11,390 nt of DNA from a virus. Taxonomy: Duplodnaviria > Heunggongvirae > Uroviricota > Caudoviricetes. The DNA lies in the IMG/VR virus record IMGVR_UViG_2690316028_000012, one strand, 5' to 3'. Below the pieces are notes generated by a model that did not search any database, had not been told where the DNA came from, and saw only the letters and a program-made list of their open reading frames with translations. The translations under genes were made by a program, and so were the position numbers. Positions 1 to 6,191 of the stretch are shown here, piece by piece (within the stretch, counting starts at the first letter, position 1; each line of letters opens with the position of its first letter).

Positions 1-1260
1 ATGCCAAAACTCACAGACATGCAGATCCGCGCATGGATAAAGGCCGGGGAGCGATTCGAGGGACGCTCTGACGGTAACGGGCTTTATCTTTCATACCGCG
101 AAAACTACCAGACCCCCGTCTGGCGATTCCGCTATAAATTCGCAGGGAAACCCCGCGCCATGCTGATTGGCTCATATGCCGAGCTATCACTATCAAAGGC
201 CAGAGAGACAGCCAAAGAGCTATCGGCGCGTGTTGCGCTGGGTTATGACGTCGCGGGAGAGAAGCAGGAACGGAAAGCCGAAGCACTGGCGAAGATGGAA
301 GCAGAGAAGAACGCCATGCGCGTTTCAGAGCTTGCCGCTGAATACTTTGAGCGTCAGATCCTCCCGCGCTGGAAGCACCCCGATATACTCCGCCGCCGTA
401 TCGACAAAGATATAAACCCCTGCATTGGCAGCATGAAGGTAGAGGACGTGAAACCGCGCCATATCGATGACATGCTGAAAGGTATTGTTGACCGTGGAGC
501 GCCGACCATAGCAACGGACGTGCTGAGATGGACGCGCCGCATATTCGACTACGGAATCAAACGGCACGCGCTGGAGATTAACCCATGTTCAGCCTTTGAG
601 GTGGCAGACGCCGGAGGGAAAGAAGTTGCCCGTGACCGCTGGTTAACCCGCGATGAGTTAATCCAGCTATTCAAAGCCATGCGCACGGCTAAGGGATTCA
701 GTCGCCAGAACGAAATCACGTTCAAATTACTGTTAGCGTTATGCGTCCGCAAAATGGAGTTATGCGCCGCCCGCTGGGAGGAGTTCGATTTTGATAAAGC
801 TGTATGGCGCTTGCCAGAGGAACGCAGCAAAAACGGCGACGCTATAGACATCCCATTAGCACCGCCAGCCGTCGAATGGCTGAGAGAGCTTAAAACGTTC
901 TCATGCAACAGCGCATGGGTACTGCCAGCCAGAAAGATGCAAAACCGCATGATCCCACATATTCAGGAAAGCACTTTACCCGTAGCACTGGCTAAGGTTC
1001 GCGCCGAAATGCCGGATGTGCCTAATTTCACGATTCACGACTTCCGACGCACCGCACGTACTCATTTAGCAGCGTTGGGTGTTGATCCTGTCGTGGCGGA
1101 ACGATGCCTCAATCATCGCATTAAGGGCGTAGAGGGGATTTATAACCGCCATAAGTATTTTGATGAGCGTAAAGCAGCACTGGCACAGTGGGCTGATCTG
1201 CTGGTGGCACTGGAAAGCGGAAAAGACTACAACGTAACGCCTCTCAGAAGGGCGAACTAA
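1..1260 (+). CDS. int: Tyrosine-type site-specific integrase, P4/CP4-57 family
   Basis: 419-aa ORF. N-terminal region is typical of P4-like integrases (GLYLSY..WRFRYKF). C-terminal catalytic signature is present: R in LALCVRKMELCAARWEEFDF, H-x-x-R in HDFRRTART, and LNHR...GIYNRHKY carrying the catalytic Tyr. Confidence 0.9.
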   Translation: MPKLTDMQIRAWIKAGERFEGRSDGNGLYLSYRENYQTPVWRFRYKFAGKPRAMLIGSYAELSLSKARETAKELSARVALGYDVAGEKQERKAEALAKMEAEKNAMRVSELAAEYFERQILPRWKHPDILRRRIDKDINPCIGSMKVEDVKPRHIDDMLKGIVDRGAPTIATDVLRWTRRIFDYGIKRHALEINPCSAFEVADAGGKEVARDRWLTRDELIQLFKAMRTAKGFSRQNEITFKLLLALCVRKMELCAARWEEFDFDKAVWRLPEERSKNGDAIDIPLAPPAVEWLRELKTFSCNSAWVLPARKMQNRMIPHIQESTLPVALAKVRAEMPDVPNFTIHDFRRTARTHLAALGVDPVVAERCLNHRIKGVEGIYNRHKYFDERKAALAQWADLLVALESGKDYNVTPLRRAN

Positions 1261-1267
1261 CTGAATA

Positions 1268-1323
1268 GATTGAGCCTAGCTCGACGGGGCGAAAAGCGGG
1301 AAGCCTTACCGCCTGGCTCAATC
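1268..1323. repeat. Perfect 9-bp inverted repeat GATTGAGCC / GGCTCAATC separated by 38 bp, in the int-cargo intergenic region
   Basis: 1268-1276 gattgagcc and 1315-1323 ggctcaatc are exact reverse complements. No T-run follows, so it is not a canonical terminator. Confidence 0.35.
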
Positions 1324-1355
1324 ACAAAATAAGGCGCAGCGTAAAAGGTGACGCA

Positions 1356-2321
1356 ATGAACGACTCTCATGAAACAACTGTGGTGCATAGAAATTTATGG
1401 CAGGAATCAGGTATTCCACCTTTGGACTACTGCACGATAGAGCGAGCATCAAAATTATTAAATTGTGAAATTGATGATATATGGCATTGGAAAGATAGAC
1501 TACATATAGACTTTTATGTCTATGCTGACTTTCTTGATTTCATTGAATCTGATGCCACCATCCACTTCAAAAAAGATGCTAATTTTATAACTGATTTATT
1601 ACTTATGTACCCAGAAGAAGTAAGGTTTACATTTCCTTTTCTTATTACCAGCGCAAGCAACGAAGTTTATATCCCAGCATCTGAAAGCGGTGCTTATGAG
1701 CTATTTTATGCACATAAACCACTGACAGTTGAAGACAGCGACAATAAAAATGTTTTTGAACAAATTGGCAAAAACTCTTTTATTGTAAGAAAATCAATTG
1801 CATGTGGATTGTTGCGTGTACGCGGTAGAACAACACGACATTATCATTCACAAGAATGTGGAGAACCATATGTGCGACTTGAAGCAACATTTGATTGTGA
1901 TCTATATAAGTTCAAAATGCAAAGTTCCCAAATTCACCTGAGTAGCCTGTCAGATAAAAACATTTATATAACAAAGGCTGATTTAGAATACCTTCATGAC
2001 GCAAAGGTTAATGGAAGTTTTGACGCAGCTAAGAGCAAAAAACGATACGAAATGGCGGTAGAACAGGAACTAATACCTGAAATAAAAAATAGCAACCATA
2101 ATGCCGAGAGACATGCTGAAAACAGGGAAAAACTTTTCAAATCTGCAATATATCTTTTGTCAAAGTATCCTGATGAATGCCGTGGCAAAAAGAAAGAAAT
2201 AAGCCCTGAGAAGTGGCGGGATTGCATAGTGGCTCATAAAGACGAAATTCCACCGTTAGCAATCACAAATGAAGATGTGATTTTGAGACACTTACGTGCT
2301 GCCGCCAACGGTAAGGGGTAG
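1356..2321 (+). CDS. Hypothetical protein, low-GC cargo gene of unknown function
   Basis: 321-aa ORF with RBS aaaaggtga 7 nt upstream of the ATG. Visibly AT-rich and rich in AAA/AAT/ATT/TTT codons compared with flanking genes. Followed by a strong intrinsic terminator. No catalytic or nucleotide-binding motif recognised by eye. Confidence 0.7.
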   Translation: MNDSHETTVVHRNLWQESGIPPLDYCTIERASKLLNCEIDDIWHWKDRLHIDFYVYADFLDFIESDATIHFKKDANFITDLLLMYPEEVRFTFPFLITSASNEVYIPASESGAYELFYAHKPLTVEDSDNKNVFEQIGKNSFIVRKSIACGLLRVRGRTTRHYHSQECGEPYVRLEATFDCDLYKFKMQSSQIHLSSLSDKNIYITKADLEYLHDAKVNGSFDAAKSKKRYEMAVEQELIPEIKNSNHNAERHAENREKLFKSAIYLLSKYPDECRGKKKEISPEKWRDCIVAHKDEIPPLAITNEDVILRHLRAAANGKG

Positions 2322-2337
2322 AGTAGCTAACTATTCA

Positions 2338-2367
2338 GGCACAGTATCATTACTGTGCCTTTTTATT
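2338..2367 (+). terminator. Rho-independent terminator downstream of the cargo gene
   Basis: 9-bp perfect stem GGCACAGTA / TACTGTGCC with 4-nt loop tcat, immediately followed by TTTTTATT. Confidence 0.75.
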
Positions 2368-2389
2368 GTTCATATATGTACAGATACTT

Positions 2390-2434
2390 CCTCCCGTAAC
2401 GAAGCAACAACTATCGCTAAGAGGTTACGGGAAG
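2390..2434. promoter_or_regulatory. Inverted repeat (cCtCCCGTAAC ... GTTACGGGAAg) spanning the alpA ribosome-binding site; candidate operator or translational-control hairpin
   Basis: 8-bp perfect core CCCGTAAC (2393-2400) / GTTACGGG (2424-2431), 10 of 11 over the extended arms, 23-bp spacer. The 3' arm contains the GGGAAG Shine-Dalgarno of alpA (ATG at 2436). Confidence 0.35.
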
Positions 2435-2435
2435 C

Positions 2436-2639
2436 ATGAACACCGACACTATTCCTACAAAAGGCTATATCAGACGCTTCCGCCTGGCTGAATTGCTGGG
2501 CGTTAGTGTATCCACCATTGATCGCAAAGTTCGCAGCGGCTCGCTACCGCGCCCGGTAAAGCTGGGGGAGAAGATTACCGCCTTTGATGCGGTAGAGATT
2601 AATAACTGGCTGGCGGAGCGCCGGGGAAAGGTGGCGTAA
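2436..2639 (+). CDS. alpA: AlpA-family phage transcriptional regulator (excisionase-like HTH)
   Basis: 67-aa protein with the characteristic AlpA HTH core RLAELLGVSVSTIDRKVRSGSLPRPVKLGEKITAFDAVEINNWL. Confidence 0.85.
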   Translation: MNTDTIPTKGYIRRFRLAELLGVSVSTIDRKVRSGSLPRPVKLGEKITAFDAVEINNWLAERRGKVA

Positions 2640-3073
2640 TGAAAAAGAAAAACCGCCCCGTACAGCAGGCGGATAAATCAGATATTCGCACGTCTGATAT
2701 TACGCCGACCACCAGCCCGGTACAAGTACCTAAGCGAACCCCAAAGAAACACCGCGCCCGCGTCTATATGCTGCGTACTGGTATAGAGGGATGGACAGAA
2801 AACGATATTCTGCGTTATTGCCGCCTTTCGTCTGGAAGGAACTACGCCAGCGAGTTAGAGCGCAGGCTTGATATTCAGCTTGAGCGTATAGACGAAAAGA
2901 ACCCCGACGGGATAGGGTCACATTTACGCTATCGCTTTACCGGGCGCGGTGACGTTCTAAAAGTTATTCGGCTTGTGAACCATAACGCCGACGCTGGCGG
3001 CTATCAGGGACTTTCTCAGCCTGAAATTGCCGACATTCTCAATCTATACCCGGACAATCTCACCGCCGCCTAA
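2639..3073 (+). CDS. Hypothetical protein
   Basis: 144-aa ORF. Its ATG overlaps the alpA stop (TAATG), and RBS aaaggtgg lies upstream. Basic N-terminus. No motif recognised. Confidence 0.55.
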   Translation: MKKKNRPVQQADKSDIRTSDITPTTSPVQVPKRTPKKHRARVYMLRTGIEGWTENDILRYCRLSSGRNYASELERRLDIQLERIDEKNPDGIGSHLRYRFTGRGDVLKVIRLVNHNADAGGYQGLSQPEIADILNLYPDNLTAA

Positions 3074-3085
3074 CGGAGACTGAAA

Positions 3086-3919
3086 ATGAACATCGAAAAA
3101 AGCAGATTAATTTCTGAGGCCGCCCCTCATCTGAACGCCTATCAGGGCACAATTAACGGTAATGAATTTGCCGCAATTGTCCCGGTTATTCCTGGTCATA
3201 TCGGTGGGCGTGAAACCAATATTGTTAGCGCAAAAGCGTTACACAAAGCGTTGGGCGTGGGAAAAGACTTCTCTACATGGATCACTGATCGCATCTCTGA
3301 ATATGACTTCACCATTGGGCACGATTACTCAGTCCATAAAACAATTTCCCCAAATCTGGGGAAAAGCCCGAATGGCACGGCTTACAGCAAGATTAAACAG
3401 TCTGGCAGACCCGGCAAAGACTATCTGTTAAGTGTCGGAATGGCGAAAGAACTGGCGATGGTCGAACGCACCGAACAGGGCCGCGCTATCCGCCGTTATT
3501 TCATCCAGTGCGAGGAAGAATTACAGCGTAGCGTGCCTGAAATCGCCGCCCGCTATCGTCGCCAGCTAAAAGCCCGTATCGGTGCCGCCAACCTGTTTAA
3601 ACCGATGTGCGTAGCGCTGGAAAGCGCCCGCGCAGAACAGGGTAAACAGACGCAGGCTCGCCACTACAGCAACGAGAGCAACATGATCGCCCGTATCGTG
3701 CTGGGTGGCATGACGGCGAAGCAGTGGGCGCAGGCAAATGGCATTACTGGCGAACCACGGGACAGCATGAACGCAGCACAGCTTGAACACCTCGCCTATC
3801 TCGAAAGCACCAATATCACGTTAATTGATATGGGCATGGAATATGAGCAGCGCAAAGGAGAACTCACCCGCCTGTCGCAACGCTGGCTCGCTAAACGTCT
3901 GGAGGTAAACCATGCGTAA
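3086..3919 (+). CDS. Phage antirepressor-like protein with N-terminal AntA/AntB-type domain
   Basis: 277-aa ORF. N-terminal segment SAKALHKALGVGKDFSTWITDRISEYDFTIGHDY resembles the AntA/AntB antirepressor domain consensus as recalled; not searched. Confidence 0.65.
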   Translation: MNIEKSRLISEAAPHLNAYQGTINGNEFAAIVPVIPGHIGGRETNIVSAKALHKALGVGKDFSTWITDRISEYDFTIGHDYSVHKTISPNLGKSPNGTAYSKIKQSGRPGKDYLLSVGMAKELAMVERTEQGRAIRRYFIQCEEELQRSVPEIAARYRRQLKARIGAANLFKPMCVALESARAEQGKQTQARHYSNESNMIARIVLGGMTAKQWAQANGITGEPRDSMNAAQLEHLAYLESTNITLIDMGMEYEQRKGELTRLSQRWLAKRLEVNHA

Positions 3920-4094
3920 CCACAATCCGATGCCGGGAAGCCGTTACAAGGACAGTCACGGGGCTGTAGTGACCGTACAGCGCGTCGAGCATAACCGTGT
4001 GACCTTTTACCGCGAGGGCTATCAGTCGCCATGTGTTCAGCCTTTGGAGAGATTCGTTAATGAGTTCGTGGAGGTGCGCCGTGATACTGAATGA
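3912..4094 (+). CDS. Small hypothetical protein (possibly the DUF4222-like small prophage protein family)
   Basis: 60-aa ORF. Start overlaps the upstream stop in ATGCGTAA, with GGAGGT 5 nt upstream. The family assignment is from memory only. Confidence 0.5.
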   Translation: MRNHNPMPGSRYKDSHGAVVTVQRVEHNRVTFYREGYQSPCVQPLERFVNEFVEVRRDTE

Positions 4095-4381
4095 ACCTGC
4101 CGCCCAGAAAGAAGCCTTTAATCTGGCTGGCATGTTGTCAAAAGTTGACATCTGCAACCTTACAAAACCTGATATTGATACCGCAGCGCCCGGAGTTCCG
4201 TTACCAGTACGCGAGGCGCTTACCCTCAACAAAAAGATGGTGAGCCGTGCACAGGAAAAACTCTTAAAGGGTTACGGTTTTATCTGGTATGACCACCTAG
4301 CAGAGAAAAGCTGTTATAGTCCAAGCGTTGCTGCAAAATCAGCAACCGGGATTGGAACCCCGAACACACTAAGGGCGACAC

Positions 4382-4404
4382 AGACGCCGAAAGCGTCTTT
4401 TTTT
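4382..4404 (+). terminator. Candidate intrinsic terminator inside the operon
   Basis: Stem AGACGC (4382-4387) / GCGTCT (4393-4398), loop cgaaa, followed by a run of seven T to 4404. Confidence 0.5.
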
Positions 4405-4593
4405 GTGTCCGATCACCACGCACATCAAATCAGCGGCCTTGCCCGTACTGTATCTATGGTGGCGTTAGTGGGGCTACGTTCGCGTAGGCCGGTTTCCTTT
4501 GTGTCCGGTAGTTCCAACCCTGCTAACGTCACCGCCACTATTAAGATTGGAACCTTATGCGGTGACTCCTTAAACACAAAGGAGGCTGCCATA

Positions 4594-4785
4594 ATGGCTA
4601 CTACCCCAACCCAAAAACCATCATTTATCTGGTTAATCGCAGCAGTTCGCCGCGATATGCCGACAATTACCGCCAAAATTCACCATATCGCCGCAGAGAC
4701 TGAGCAGGAAGCCCGCCGCATTCTGGCGCGGGATCACGTTTGCTTTTTTGCCGGACGTATTCGCACAGGGGGCGCACATGCTTAA
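4594..4785 (+). CDS. Host cell division inhibitor Icd-like protein (63 aa)
   Basis: Strong RBS aaaggagg 8 nt upstream of ATG 4594. Product MATTPTQKPSFIWLIAAVRRD...EQEARRILARDHVCFFAGRI resembles Icd-like proteins as recalled. The tracker's 250-aa ORF 4033..4785 is the same frame running on upstream with no credible start. Confidence 0.6.
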   Translation: MATTPTQKPSFIWLIAAVRRDMPTITAKIHHIAAETEQEARRILARDHVCFFAGRIRTGGAHA

Positions 4786-4957
4786 TTACTTCCGTGTTGC
4801 AGGATGCGCCACCGCCCGGAGCGGCGAATTAGTCGAGTTCGTTTATATCGTTGACGCCCGCAGCGCGATCAGCGCCAAAGCTGAGGCGCTAAATCAGGCC
4901 AGAAATGAACGCCTTTCCCACATCCAGATTACCCGCATTCGTGAGGTGGCAGCATGA
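4778..4957 (+). CDS. Small hypothetical protein (59 aa from ATG 4778; tracker ORF begins at 4748)
   Basis: ATG 4778 overlaps the Icd-like stop (ATGCTTAA). Its own stop overlaps the next start (ATGA at 4954). Confidence 0.4.
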   Translation: MLNYFRVAGCATARSGELVEFVYIVDARSAISAKAEALNQARNERLSHIQITRIREVAA

Positions 4958-5217
4958 ACATAAATACCATCTACCGCCACCCGGCAGAGCTGGAAGCCGA
5001 AGCGATGCTATCTCGCAAAGAATCATACCCGGATGATTTTACGCTGGCAGACCGAACAGCAGAACGCATGACCCGCGCCCGCAATGGGCTGGATCACGTT
5101 ATGACCGATTTATTACCACTCCTCGAAGTTGAGCAAGCAGCCATCGCGTATTGCTGGCTGAGTAAAGTCCTGACGATTGTCGATATAGCCAGAATTGATG
5201 CGGAGGGCAGCGCATGA
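4954..5217 (+). CDS. Hypothetical protein (87 aa)
   Basis: ATGA start/stop overlap with genes on both sides, co-oriented in the operon. Confidence 0.5.
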   Translation: MNINTIYRHPAELEAEAMLSRKESYPDDFTLADRTAERMTRARNGLDHVMTDLLPLLEVEQAAIAYCWLSKVLTIVDIARIDAEGSA

Positions 5218-5840
5218 GCAACGCACCGACCATTAAATCGGGAAATGCCGACTTATTACACGCCGAAGCCACACCGCACGGCGTCAATATCATGACCCGC
5301 AATGATGCCGGGGGATATGAGCAGGTTGCTCTTATCAGCTACGAGAGCGCCGTGAACGGCCTTGACGCCGGAGAGTACGACGATAAGCCAGATATCGGAT
5401 ACGCCATTCATTTTGCCGTTGCTGATGGCGGGGCGCGTGGCTGGTTCGACTTCACCGCGCAGCATAACGTCACTATGTGGCGCTGGCTGATTGCTGCGAC
5501 GTTCATTTCTGAGATGAAGCGCGAAAACGGCACAACCACGGTAACTGAGTCTGACGGCACTTCATCGCAGGTGGCGATTTACTCCAATGGCACGGCGGGG
5601 ATTGTGGTTTACCCGTTCGCTGAACGTCTGGCGATGGCTAACAACATGGATGGCGCAATGGTTGAGCGCTACGGCATTGAGCAGGGAACAGCGAACGCCA
5701 TTGTTTTTTATCAGGCCATGATCGACACGGAGCGCGGCGAGTTGACCCCGTTTGGGCGTGAAACGCTTGCTGAACTTCACAACAGCTTTATAGCTGAACT
5801 GGATGAAAACGGCTGGCCTGAAATGCCGCTGGCGCACTGA
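5214..5840 (+). CDS. Hypothetical protein (208 aa)
   Basis: ATGA overlap with the upstream gene; long ORF with ordinary codon usage. No motif recognised. Confidence 0.6.
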   Translation: MSNAPTIKSGNADLLHAEATPHGVNIMTRNDAGGYEQVALISYESAVNGLDAGEYDDKPDIGYAIHFAVADGGARGWFDFTAQHNVTMWRWLIAATFISEMKRENGTTTVTESDGTSSQVAIYSNGTAGIVVYPFAERLAMANNMDGAMVERYGIEQGTANAIVFYQAMIDTERGELTPFGRETLAELHNSFIAELDENGWPEMPLAH

Positions 5841-5849
5841 GGGAGCGAC

Positions 5850-6191
5850 ATGATTACTAAAAATTTCCGACTGAATGCGCTGGCGAATAAGTATGCGTCG
5901 GCACTGTATAACCACATTACCTCCACCAGCGGCGGGGACTATTTCATGGTTGATGCGGACGGCCTCGCCGTCCGTGTGGAAATCGTCAATGGAGTAAAAG
6001 GCGTTCGCAGCCTGATCGATAGCTACACACTGGCAGCCATGAAAGTGTTCTACCCGCAGTGGGAAACCGTGGGGATCGAGCTTCTTGATCGTTGCGTCAC
6101 TAAGGACGGATTGACTGACGTCGGGCGCGAGATATGGCAAAGCATGATTAATGATATGGGCGCGACCGTGGCAGGAGGCAACCATGCGTAA
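5850..6191 (+). CDS. Hypothetical protein (113 aa)
   Basis: RBS gaggga upstream of ATG 5850. Stop overlaps the primase start in ATGCGTAA. Confidence 0.55.
   Translation: MITKNFRLNALANKYASALYNHITSTSGGDYFMVDADGLAVRVEIVNGVKGVRSLIDSYTLAAMKVFYPQWETVGIELLDRCVTKDGLTDVGREIWQSMINDMGATVAGGNHA

Noticed and set aside
11-950. Minus-strand ORFs (167, 80, 62 and 133 aa) and a + strand 82-aa alternative-frame ORF inside the integrase gene
   Set aside because: All are embedded in the well-supported integrase CDS and are Arg/Ser/Ala-rich antisense or alternative-frame artefacts.
3162-3431. 89-aa + strand ORF in an alternative frame of the antirepressor gene
   Set aside because: Overlaps the AntA-domain coding frame, which carries the recognisable motif.
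4033-4785. 250-aa + strand ORF from the tracker
   Set aside because: The first 560 nt have no plausible RBS at any in-frame Met, and the frame passes through a terminator-like hairpin and repeats. Only the last 63 codons (from ATG 4594, strong AAGGAGG) are called as the Icd-like gene; the upstream part is treated as a candidate RNA or Ash-like region in the findings.
5562-6185. 207-aa minus-strand ORF
   Set aside because: Lies antisense across two co-oriented, translationally coupled + strand genes. Open antisense frames of this kind are common in GC-balanced coding sequence; no RBS or context support.
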